DNA from: Octopus vulgaris
Lineage: Eukaryota
NCBI GenBank assembly: GCA_951406725.2
Contig: OX597814.1
Location: 170,810,001-170,874,000 of the forward strand
Length of the DNA stretch: 64,000 bases
Direction: 5' to 3'
A program made the position numbers and the translations under genes. This document shows, piece after piece, positions 51,871 to 64,000 of this stretch (the stretch's first letter is position 1; the number at the start of each line of letters is the position of its first letter). The notes beneath the pieces are model-generated. The model saw only the letters and a program-made list of their open reading frames with translations. It ran no database searches and was not told the DNA's origin.

Positions 51871-53849
51871 GTGTGAGGTGGTGAGTTGGGAAAATTACTG
51901 AAATGGAGGTCTCGCATTCAGCGATTGAAAGGATGAATAGTGTAACCTGTGCCATCAATCGTGACTGGTTGGGATTGGTTGTTCAATCACATGAAAGGAT
52001 GAATGAATGATGACAAGGACAAAAATTAGGGGATAAAGGAAAAGTAGGTTATATATAACTCCAGAATTTGGTTAACATTTGTTTTATGGACCTTGGAAGG
52101 ATGAAGAGCAAAGTAGGATGAGGTGCAATTTGAACTCAGAAATTAAAGGGTTCATCACTAAATATTGCAAGGCACTTAACTCAGTAATACAAGCCATTCT
52201 ACAATGAATCAATTAAACACAAAAATTGTTGTCAAAGAAGCTGATCCAAGAACAGTTCAAAGCTTTATCTCAAGACAAAATAACAGCAACTGGAATATTT
52301 AAAATAACAATAATAAGCTTTAGTGGTTTTGTATCGCAATCTTACACTTGTACTCTTCCACAACTGCCTCTTGACCAAAACAATATCCTGACATTACAAT
52401 GGTATATTAACATTGTTACTGTACACTGACATAACAAACCTGTATAAATGCACAACAATATACCAACATCACAACAGTGCACTGGCATTATATTAAAATC
52501 CATAACTTTATATAGACGCAGTAAATGTACCTGATGTCAAAATAGTATATTGGCAACAACAATTAAAAATTATCTCAAAAAAACCCAGCACATAATACTT
52601 GGACTAACAAGTTACATTATATAACACTGTAGATAGTTATATAACAAAACTAACAGTTGTTACACAATCATACAAAACAATACCAATGCAATTAGCTAAC
52701 AAAATGCTAACATGAGCTCAGATAACTAATAATAAAACAAAATTTATATTTGGTTATATTAGATAGAAAAACACATTGTAAGACCTTACCCTCATAACCA
52801 TCATATATTTCCACCATCTAAACATAATTTTCCACATACACAATGAGTGACAAAGAGGGAAAAAACAGCAGAGAGAGGGCAGAGAAACTGCCAACAGTGT
52901 GTACACAATAATTTGTATTATGCTTAGAAGCAACGCATGCTAGACTGTATTATATGTGTGTGTGTGTTTGTGTATGAGTTTGTGACCACGGATACACTGA
53001 AAGTGAGCGGTAAAGGCATTATACATACCACAAGCACTCACAAATGTAAGGATGACTGCATTTTAATATGTGTGTATATATTCCTGATATATATGAATAG
53101 CTGTTACTATAGGCCTCAATAGTCTTATATGCATGCATATATGTACCATTGTTACACATGTTAGGCTTCACATGCTTCATGTTACAGTTTGTGTGTGTGT
53201 GTGCACAGGAGTTCAGACACACATATATGCACACGCACACACACACACACACACTCATGCACATTAAATGATTGGTTGCACATGAGTGTATCTATATATA
53301 CAGAACTGCATGCACTTGTGCATCAACATGCCATCAACATCATTGAAAGTCTGCCAGATTATGCACAAAGTGAGTGTGAGAGTGCTGTGTGTGTGTGTGA
53401 GTGTGCGTGTATGTGGCTGCGTGTGCACATGAGGATCCTGTCTATATTTACATATGCACATATATATATGCATACATGTGTGTGGGGGAAGAGGTAGGAC
53501 AGATATACTAATGTGCGCAAAATGCAAGATGCATGAATTTGAAACAATACAGAAGAAATTGAAGATATTACTGTACTCTACAATACAGAGGAATTCCAAA
53601 GAGGAATTGGCTTTTGTTTACCAAGTTTTTATGTCCCAAGTGGCATATAACATTCTCTTATGTGAATACTTACTGATTCACATATGTATGGTGATGGCCT
53701 TTTAAGTAGAGCAATTTCCTTTCCACTGTTTCTTATACTCCTAATCATTTATACATACAAACTTGTATATGTATATGCACATATCTGAAGATGTATATGC
53801 ATGCACACACACACACAGATATATAAAAATAGATAGACATCATACGCAT

Positions 53850-53881
<32 letters not shown>

Positions 53882-54569
53882 TAGTGCATGTGTATAACTG
53901 TGATTAAGAAGGTTGCTTTGCAATCACATGGTTTCAGATTCAGACCCACAATTGTCTAAGGTCACTCAAAGACTTGTGAGTGGTCTTGGAAGTTGGAAAC
54001 TGAAAGAAGCCCATCATGTCTGTGTGTGTGTGTTTGTATCTTCTTGTCTAGACATCTTGTGATAATTGTAAATGACTGTCACTGTCATGCATTTTCGATA
54101 TTAAATGAAATCATGCCTGACCATGTGGACATATTACTTTGCTTAGAAACATAATAAACAATCTGCCTCAATAAATTCTATCCAACCCATGCAAGCATGG
54201 GAAAGTGCAGGTTATGGTGATGATATGCATAACATAGATTCATAATATCATTTATGTATCGTAGTTAGCACCCAGTACACTCTGTAAAGTGTTTGGTATT
54301 AGGAGAGGCACCCAGCTGTAGCATGCCAAACCAAAGATGACACTGGAGCACAACACAGCACTGCAGCTTTGTCAAACCATCCTACTTGTGATAGTGGAAG
54401 TTAAATGATGATGATGATGTATATATATTATACATATATATGTTTAAAAAAATCAGATAAGTAAAACTTTATGCAAAGCGGAAACAAAGTATACCATACA
54501 GAGTCAGATAGGCAAATGCAGGTTTTCTAAAAAATGTAGAAGTAAAAAGTGGAAAAGCCACAAGGAAGC

Positions 54570-54794
54570 TAAACCCTTTAGCATTCAGATTATTCTATTA
54601 AATGTTCTTCTTATTTATTCACATTGTTTTGAATTAATCTTGCATTATCTCATAGCTGCAAGATTTCAATGATGTGATTATTTTTTAAATGACATTGTAG
54701 GGTTGGTCCGAGAGGCTAGATATGGCCAACTTTAAACATAAAACAGGTTGAATATTTGAGCTGGATATGGTTGGTTTAAATATTGAATGGTTAA
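54570..54794. mobile_element. MITE family F
   Basis: aaccctttagcattcagatta ... tttaaatattgaatggTTAA; homologous to 66-281. Confidence 0.75.
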
Positions 54795-55644
54795 TACATT
54801 GAAGGAGGAAGCAGCAAAAAATCTATTGTTTTGGAAGAGATACTTTATCAAAGAGAAAACAATGCATGATACCACAATAAAAAAAAAAAAGGGATGATAC
54901 ATGTGACCTCTGGATTTTTACAATAGGTAAACTGTATTCCTATATGTTGTAGGAAGGTAACAAAAAACCTGAGGCGTAATGTCCAACCCATACTAGCATG
55001 CAATGAGGATGTAAAAATAATGATATATATATTATATATATATATATATATAATATATATAAATTTATAAACATACACATGATATACATTTAAATATACC
55101 TGCAAGCATATATACATACATATACACATGTATGTATTAAAGTTTTATATTTACAGCTTTATTTTCGAAGTCGAGGGAAAGAGGGGTGTCTTTATTATTC
55201 CAATTCTGCATATTACTTAAGATTTAGCACTAATTTCTCTTCTTTATTTTGTTTGTTTTGTTTCTGTATTCTTCATTTTCTTTTAACTTGTCTTTTTACT
55301 TATCTTTACTTATATCCTTTCCTTTCTTTTCCTTCCCTCCATATTTGATGTTCTTGTATTGAAGAATCTCACTATACTGTAATATTTATTGGCATGCCAC
55401 AGACACATGGAGCCATTATTTCTTATGTTGCAGACATGGTACTTACAAAGTCTTTCGCCAGAGAGCAAGAGATGGGAAAACATGAAAACAAAGCTATAGA
55501 TATACAAACAATGACAAAAGCAGCAATAGCACTAACAAATATATATATTTTATATTTATTTTCAATATATATATATATATATATATATACACACGTATAT
55601 ATACACACATATATACATACATATACATATATATATATGTGTGC

Positions 55645-55689
<45 letters not shown>

Positions 55690-56164
55690 ACATATTTATA
55701 TATATGTTAGATATCTTATATACATTACATATGATATATGTACATTACACTTATCTAATGCAATTTTTTTTTTCTGAATTAAATACATGTTTAAAATTTA
55801 TTTTTGTTTACTTGTTAAAACATTATCAGTTTTGTTATATCATTTTTTTTTTAAAGATTAAAACAGTAAGTGGTGAATTTTAATAAGTGTGAGTAGGTTT
55901 GATAATTTATCAAGTTTACTAAAATCTAATATTTTTACAAGAATTAATGGCAGAGATGTTATATAGTCTGAGTTTTATATTTGAATTGGCTAAGTGTTAC
56001 TGACTCATAAGCACATACTTTGGACTAAAATGAATAAAATGCAGGAATAATTATATTAGGATGAAATGTTAATGTGCGTATGTATGTATGTATGTATATG
56101 TGTGTGTGTGTGTATACTAAATAAATGCGCATATACATGTACACACGTACATAAATTTATACAT

Positions 56165-56640
56165 ATAATAGATGCAAGGTGGCTAACAAGCTTGCTTCCC
56201 AGCCATATGGTTCTGGGTTCAGTCCTATCTTGAGCAAGTGTTTTTTAACTATAGCCTTCAGCCAACCAAATCCTTGTGAGTGAATTTGGTAAGACAGGAA
56301 CTGAAAGAAAACCGACGCATACATGGGTTGGTGGTGTGTGTGTACACATGTATATTTATTTCTGTATGCATGCGTTTGTGCTCTTGCCTTGACATTATGT
56401 GATGATTGTAAATGCAAATCACCATCATACAAATGACATTGTTAGATTCCGGTCTTCTATGTCTGGCCATGGGGAAATATTACCTAGCTTGGAAACAGAT
56501 TCGGTGGGCACATTGCTCAGTTGATTAAACAGACTGGCTGCAAGAAAAGCACCAACCACAGAAAAAATGTGCCTCAACAAATCTAGTACAGTTTGTGCAA
56601 ACATGGAAAAAGAATACATCAAACAATACTGTTGATGATG
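56165..56640 (+). mobile_element. Composite SINE (family A head plus RTE-like tail)
   Basis: Same module order as 9421-9920 and 57225-57785. Confidence 0.65.
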
Positions 56641-57329
56641 GCATTCTCTATAATGCCTGCATCTATGTCTGTGCATGAGTACATATGCACCCAGATGCAT
56701 ACACACAATATTAGACAGAAACACAGTGATTGCAACTGCCTGATAAATTATTATTACTCAAACTGCTGAGCCATTTCCTTAGCCACAACGATGCTGTATT
56801 CAGGTCTAATAAAATACTCAAAAGTCTACACAATCACTGGTTCCTTTTCAGTGTATGTTGCTGGCTGGGTTTTTTTTATATAAAAACACTAACTTTAAAT
56901 AAATATACACATAAGCAAAATAAGTTTCTGTTGCTTTCAATGATGAATATTCAATTGTTTAATCAGCTGAGCAATGTGCCCACTGAATTAGCATGCAAGT
57001 GATAGAACACAGACAAATGTAACCCCAATTCTTAGATATAATTGGTGTGATGCAGAGTGACAAAGTAAGCCGTTAAAGCACAATCTGACAGGCTTTCACT
57101 CACTTCCTGTCTCTCCAATTTCACTGACAAGGGTTCAAGTTAGACAAAAGGAACTTGGTGAAGTTACCATGCAAGAAAATCTAATTCTGAACTGTGTGAT
57201 TGTGAAAGTCACATACATATACATAGGCAATGGTGTGGCTGTGTGACACCTTGAGCAAGTGTCCTCAACTATAGTCCCAGGCCGACAAAAGCCTTGCAAG
57301 CGAATTTGGTAGGGAGAAACTGAAAGAAG

Positions 57330-57548
57330 GCAGCAAGCAGGCAGAAATGTTATCACATTGGGCAAAATGCTTAGCGGTATTCTGTCTGCTGTTACGTTCT
57401 GAGTTCAAATTCTACCGAGGTTGACTTTGCCTTTCATCTTTTTGAGGTTGATAAATTGAGTACCAGTTACGCACTGGAGTCGATGTAATCGACTTAATCT
57501 CCTTGTCTGTCCCCTTATGCTTAGCTCCTCGTGGGCAATAAAGAAATA
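57330..57548 (+). mobile_element. SINE family B nested in a composite SINE (57225-57785), 15-bp TSD
   Basis: agaaactgaaagaag at 57315-57329 and 57549-57563. Confidence 0.85.
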
Positions 57549-58552
57549 AGAAACTGAAAGAAGCCTTTTGTGTGAGTGTGCGCTTGTCTTGATATTGCAT
57601 GATAGTTGTAAACGATTGTCACTGTCATATAAGCAGTGTCATTTATTTCCAGTATTCTATGAGAACCTGTCTGGGCATAGGAAAACTATTACCTTGCTTG
57701 AAAACTTCTGGGGGGGGGGTGATAGGAAGGGCATTAGTCTGACCCAAGAAAGCATGGAAAGGACGACGTTAAAATGATGATGGTGTATGGTATGTGAGTG
57801 TATGTCTTAACAAGTCATAAGACAGTTTGGATAATTGAATCCTGGATAGAAAAGGCATAAAAAGGTAGGAATATCATGGGGAAAGGTCAGTAAGAGAGAA
57901 AAATGGGTAGGCAAAAAGTGATACAGTATAAAACTAGAAAAAAAATGAGTACAAGTTGAAAATACAATAGCTGCCATAAGTGTTAAATGCTTATCATTCT
58001 AATCCAGTAAATCGACACACATCCATATGTATTAACATGCACGATCATTTAAATTAATATGCCTAACTGCAATGAAAGAAGCATCACAATCAAAGATACA
58101 GAGAGGAAGTGATTAACAGCATTTTGTCAGCTGAACTAAAGCTAATGATTGATTCATTGTGAAGGAGGCTGGCAGACTGACTGATCTTAAAACATTTCTA
58201 TTCAATAATTGTCCTTGTTGACAGAAATGAAGTTGCAAAAGACCAATAGTGAGCTGTATTTACAAAAATCTATGAACAATCATTATCAGAATCTTTTTAT
58301 CTTTGTTCTCATAACAGCACAGAGGAGTATAGAGACACACAGACACACGCTCTTTCTTTCTTTCTTTCTCTCTCTCTCTTTCACACACACACTCACAAGG
58401 GAATATATATATACACAAGTGAATAATTAAGACTTGATGCTGTAATGCTAGAAATACCAATAGAAATTTCTCAGATATGCTCAACTGCTGTGAGAAAAAA
58501 AATGGACAGACCCAGTTGACATGCCTTTGATAGTAAGATCTAACCAGTCAGA

Positions 58553-58800
58553 GAGAAACTGAAAGAAGCCTGTCGTATATATGTATGTGTGTATCTGTGT
58601 TTGTCCACTCCCCAACATCGCTTGACAACCGATGCTTGTTGTGTTTGGGTCCCCATAACTTAGCAGTTTGGCAAAAGAGACCGATAGAATAAGTACTAGG
58701 CTTACAAAGACTAAGTCCTGGGGTCGATTTGATTCGACTAAAGGCGATGCTCCAGCATGGCTGTAGTCAAATGACTAAAACAAATAAAAGAATAAAAGAA
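58553..58800 (+). mobile_element. 5'-truncated SINE family A
   Basis: Matches 24117-24366. Confidence 0.8.
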
Positions 58801-59814
58801 TATATACTTTAACTACATAATATTTTACATTGGGTGCTTTTCCTTTAACATATGTAATGTGCTTAATCTCTGTTACACAGGGCTAGCTGATTGCAAAACA
58901 ATCACCAAACAAGACAAAATCACACAGATTTACCAAACTATCTTGCTCATGCTATCGTTGCAGAATGGATGTATGGGTGTGCATGCACGCACTTATGAAC
59001 ATTCATACACATGTAAATACATGTACAAAGAAAATAACCAGCATTCCAAACTGAAAGACAAAACCGTTTTCGAGTATCAAAAATTACTGGGAACATAATG
59101 TTCAGATACCGTATGAAAATAGCTCTGTAGTAATAGTTGTAGTAGAGCATGAGAGATAGGGAAGCTTCAAGAAGATCAAAGACATCCGAGAACGGGAATC
59201 AATCAATGAAGTTGTTTAGGTGTTGCTCGAACATGTATGGTGTCCGTTTACAGTCTGTGATGATGAAATGTTGATATAGTTTTGCATGATATAAAATCCA
59301 ATAGCTGACAACAAATAAATGCATATAAATAGATAGTTTTTTTAGAAAATTTTTTTTCTTTCTTTTCTTTTCTTTTCTTTATTTATTTATTTTGTTAATC
59401 TGCAAACACAGATACAAGCAGTCACGGTGTTTCTGAATAAGTCTGCTACAGCACGCGCATTAAATTAGAATAGGGTAATGTACCAGTAAACCATTGATCC
59501 ACATTGGTTTTGTAATAGCAACAAAAATAGTAGAATTAACTAGATACACAAAATATGAAAAATATATCCGGGAACATGAAGGTGCCTCAAAAGAGACACA
59601 TGTTAGCTCCAGGTTTCATGCTAGTCACAGCTAATACATAAACCTCCATCTACCTGGATAAGATGACCATCTATTTGCAGTTGAGATTCAGCCACTACCT
59701 TTGACATATGTGAATCAAGAGAGAACCTCTACATTGGTTGTATGACATCCTACCCTGATGTAATCTACAGGGATACAGTGAATCAAGAGAGAACCTCTAC
59801 ATTGGTTGTATGAC

Positions 59815-59960
59815 ATCCTAACCTGATATAATCTTCAGGGATACAGGCATCCAGCAACAGGACCTCTGTAATGCCATGATGGACCGTGAAGTCTGGCGTA
59901 GCATGGTAAATTCCATTGTCTCAACCACGGTCGAACAATGATGATGGTGATGATGATGAC
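59815..59960 (+). mobile_element. RTE-like LINE 3' end with (GAT)n tail
   Basis: ..RDTGIQQQDLCNAMMDREVWRSMVNSIVSTTVEQ* followed by tgatgatg. Confidence 0.65.
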
Positions 59961-61889
59961 ATGCTAAGAAATAGCATATCAAGTAGTACTGTATTAGAAA
60001 AAGAGATACATGAGGTAACATAGAGCTAGATTACACTGTCTGAAAAAAGGAAAATAACAGATCACCACAAAGCTTTTCATAAAGGTTGACCCGGGTCTAT
60101 CCACCATCAGCTATAATACCTGGGTAACTAGAGTGTAGAGCAGAATATATATAACCACTAACTTGCACATGATTTGAACCATGACCTGAACATCTATCCA
60201 ATAGTACCTCATCAGCTAGACCACTTCACTTCTGGTGAGGCTATCAATGAATAAATGAAGCTAGACAATAAAAAGAAAAACAAAGCCAACAACAATGCTG
60301 ATATCTTTGATTACCTTGAATGACAAATTAATTGATTGATTGTGAAATCTAATATGTCACCGGCTGACAACTTGGCATTGTAAGTGGGATGACCAGAGCT
60401 ATTTCTGCTTGTTAAATGACTTACTAAGTGAGTTGCTTCCTGAATGAAACCTCTTATTAACAGTTAAGTTAAACAAGATGTTTGCTTAAGTGGGAGAAAT
60501 GAATTCTGTTATTTTCTGACAAGGTTAAGAGGACAACTTTTTTTTGTTTTTTTTTAAATATGAGGGAGGATGGATAAATTAAGTCCACCATATTGCAACT
60601 AGTATTTAATGCTGTAGTGAAAAGAACCCTAAATCCAGAAATGAATGAACTCCTCCAGAAGTATTTCAGTCAGAAAGTAGAGTTGGCTTGGTGGTTTGCA
60701 GCAGATGCTGATGTTACTGATGAAGACAATGACAATGATGATGATAATGAGGCAGAGACTGTATAAAAAATAATTGGTGCATTCTGCATGATAAAAATTA
60801 TGAACATTAAAACCTTGCCTGTGTTCACAAATATACTTTGTGTATTGAACAGGACAAGATTTCAACAGTAAGTCTGTTTTCTTCAGATTCAAATAAGACA
60901 ACAAAAACTTCAAGTGAAAGATACACAGAAATGCAGAAATCAGAAAATTCAGCTGAACTATCCTGTATCCATTCCTAGACAAAAGGATGTCATCAAATTT
61001 CGCATGTCCAACTTGTTAAAACAAGAGGGGAGGGGGGTATAAAAACTTTTGTATTAGTCTAATGGAATTCTCCTGTTATTTTGTTCAACCTCTTTATCAT
61101 GACCACACACAAGGCATAATGTTAGTAACTTACAAATATATTTGTCTTCATGTGTTCTGAGGGCTGAAAGTTCAGTGGAATCAGAATATATTTGGAGAAT
61201 GTGTACATTTAACCTTTTGAACACAAAAAGCAGATAAATCTGCACAAAATTTTATTACCTTTAACTGTGCAAACTGGTTTTATCTCACAGTCTTGCAAAA
61301 AAAAAAAAAAAAAAAACCTTCTTTTGCTGTGAGAACCAGAAACACCTCCAGTAACACTTTTTACAAAAGTCAAATTTTAAATTTCTCTATTCATTTAAAT
61401 TTTTTTTTCCACATATTCCAAATATCTCTTTACAGACAGATAATCAAATTCTTTTAGTAGTGGATATGAAAACCATACCGGTGGGGGATACCTAGAAAGT
61501 ATTGCAGAGGCAGAAAATATCAATTCTGTTTTTTTTGTTTTTTTTTTTGGTATGTAATCAACATCATAACAGGTATGACTATGAAATTTAATTACACAAA
61601 TGGTTAAGGTGCTCAAAGTTACATAGAGTTCACTTTTTCTCTTTAACCAGTTATGAACAAGTGAAACTTAATGACATCTTTTTTTCTTTTTTCTTTTTTT
61701 TTTTTTGCCTAGAGAGGAACACAAAATGGTCCAGTTAAATTTTTGAATTTCAGCATTTTGTGTATTTTTTATTTTCAGTTATTGTTGTCTTATTTTCTAA
61801 CTTGAAGACAACATATTGTTCTGTTCAGTAAACAAAGTCAATCTGTATTTTTACATATCACACTCTTACAACTATGTAATACTAAGAAA

Positions 61890-62340
61890 AATGGTTTCAA
61901 ATTTTGGAACAAGGCTAGCAATTTCAAGAGAGGGGATAAGTTGATTTCACTGTCTCCAATGCTCAACTGGTACTTATTATTTCATTGACCTCGAAAGGAT
62001 GAAAGGCAAAGTCAACCTCAGTGGAATTTGAACTCAGAACACATAAATAGACAAAATGCCACCCAGCCTGCTCTAAAGACGGACAAAATGTTGCCAAGCA
62101 TTTAGTCTGGTGTGATAATGATTCTGGCACCTCACCCTCTTTTCAATTTAGACACAAGGCAAGAAATCTGGTGGGGAGCAAGGAGCTGATCATAATTACC
62201 CAGTGAGAGACTGGTTCTTTATTTTAACGATGGTAAAAGGACAAAAAGTAAAAATTGGCCATGGCAGAATTTGAACTCAGGAAACAAAATACCACAAGGC
62301 ATTTTGTCCAACACTCTAAAAGATTCTGCCAATCTAATAA
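61890..62340 (-). mobile_element. SINE family B tandem copies
   Basis: Same motifs as the 21680-22490 array. Confidence 0.75.
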
Positions 62341-63814
62341 AATGTTAATCTTATGTAGATAAATAACCAAAACATTGGTAATAGATTTAGTCGAAGCCAA
62401 GTATGGGTCTAAGATGGGACACATATTCTTCTGTGGTCAAGAGAGTGGAAAATGAATGAAGAACCATGAAAAGAGAAGGAAGAGAACAAGTCCTTTGATA
62501 TAATGGAAAAAAAAAGTGAAGAAATGCCATACCTTTCATGATAATGATCACATTTTTGTTTTTTTGTATGGTTTGTATTACTTCAGTTTTAAGACTCCAC
62601 CACTTTGATCTGTGTATTTATTAACCGTTTCCAGCAGGAAACACCAATAGTCACCTATCTGTTTCCAAGACCCCTTTTAACCTGACCACATGTACTACTA
62701 TATGAATTGAACTCAGTGCATGCCTAACATACCATTCTAATAGCTTTCTGTTTGTTATGCCATCAATCGTTTGCAACCATGGAAACCATCACTTTCACAC
62801 ACATGAGGAGGCTGGGGAGAAAGTGAGGTGGGGATGGAGAGAGAGAGGAAAGATGAAGATGGAAGTTAGCTTGATCGATCTCTGTCAACTGACAAATAAC
62901 TTATCGTAATAACATATCGAGTTATTTGCAGCACCTAAGTATTAAAGGACAGCGAGCAAATGAGAGCCTCAATGCAGTCATTAGGCCTGCAAGAAATAGT
63001 AACCATATTACCTGAAAATTACTTGGTAACCTTAGAATCACTTACTAACAACTTGAGAAAAAAAAAAAAAAAGAAAAAATACATTGGACAAGTAGTCCAA
63101 AATATGCAATAACCAACAGAATGACATGATCAAAGCTGAAATACTTTTTATCATAGTAGGTTTCTCCAGTCAGGGAAGACTGATTAAATGACATAGAGGA
63201 AACATTTACATTCAGCTATGGTACATACAAACTGAAGATAAGAACTAAAAACCTAACAAAAAAAAAAAAAAGTTAGGTGAGTTGACTCGAATACTAAATG
63301 AGTTCAAAATTTAAATTAGCATTTCTTCATTCTGTTTCATGAAACATCAGATTGAAAGGCTCAAAACAGTGCAGGTACAGTTAGCAGAAAATTTCTGAAA
63401 GAAGTTGGAATGAGAACCCTTGTTGTGAGTATTCCTTTGATATTACACATCAACCTCCCTCCAGTCACATCCTACCCTCTCTAAAATGAAGTCTTTCTTT
63501 CCCTGCATATAAGAAAATCAATGGGGTGGTCAAAGTTGGTATACTTTGATTATAGATCTGCTAAATTACAGATGATATTGGGTTAAACAATAACAAAGAA
63601 TATGGGAACAATGTGTAAATTTGCAAAAAACATGGAGTCCACACAGAGCATGTGAAAATGGCTTAATTGACTGCATTGGAATTGGCCTACTCAGAAATCC
63701 AAAACAGCAAGTTGGTGACAGGAAGGGCATCCAACCATAGAAAATCTGCCTTGATAAACAAATATATATTTATAGAGAGAAAGTGGTGATGATGCATCCA
63801 GATAAATACATATG

Positions 63815-64000
63815 GATAAGGCCTGAAGAAAATAATGCAGATAGGACGGTCAAACATCATATCAATGGATGAATTCAACAAAATAACCGAAGTCCCCAGG
63901 GTAAGCAAAGAAGTAAAAAGGAAAAAGTGGAATTGGATTGGACATGTATTGAGAAATGAACCCAATTGTCATTGCATGATTGCTTTGACTTGGCAACCTG
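63815..64000 (+). mobile_element. RTE LINE ORF C-terminal fragment running off the window edge
   Basis: Encodes ..EVKRKKWNWIGHVLRNEPNCHCMIALTWQP, the typical RTE post-RT motif. Confidence 0.7.

Noticed and set aside
59257-59308. C/D snoRNA (GTGATGA...CTGA)
   Set aside because: Too short, antisense to the host gene, with no convincing terminal stem or guide.

Overview
AT-rich, microsatellite- and retroposon-dense animal genomic DNA, most likely an octopus (coleoid cephalopod); this is inferred from repeat families I recognise, not from a search. The whole window appears to lie inside one minus-strand gene, the TALE-homeobox gene Pbx/extradenticle. Three coding exons are visible: 29773-30023, 21346-21536 and 17723-17858, covering the end of PBC-A, PBC-B and homeodomain helices 1-2. 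All have canonical AG/GT ends and compatible phases. The upstream exons and the helix-3 exon were not found, which implies introns of more than 34 kb and more than 17.7 kb. The introns hold several tRNA-derived SINE families, TTAA-type MITEs, a 5'-truncated RTE LINE with a PHD-like finger inside its RT, R4/Dong and CR1-group LINE remnants, and a Penelope-like GIY-YIG remnant. The most notable unannotated signals are: (1) four different minimal type-I hammerhead-ribozyme-like motifs, three of them in short elements embedded in (TA)n microsatellites; (2) a diverged ~650-bp non-coding block present in two different Pbx introns; (3) a 33-bp inverted templated copy whose two mismatches are both A:C in the Pbx pre-mRNA; and (4) candidate TALE-site-rich enhancers. 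Nearly all other ORFs in the track are microsatellite or SINE artefacts.
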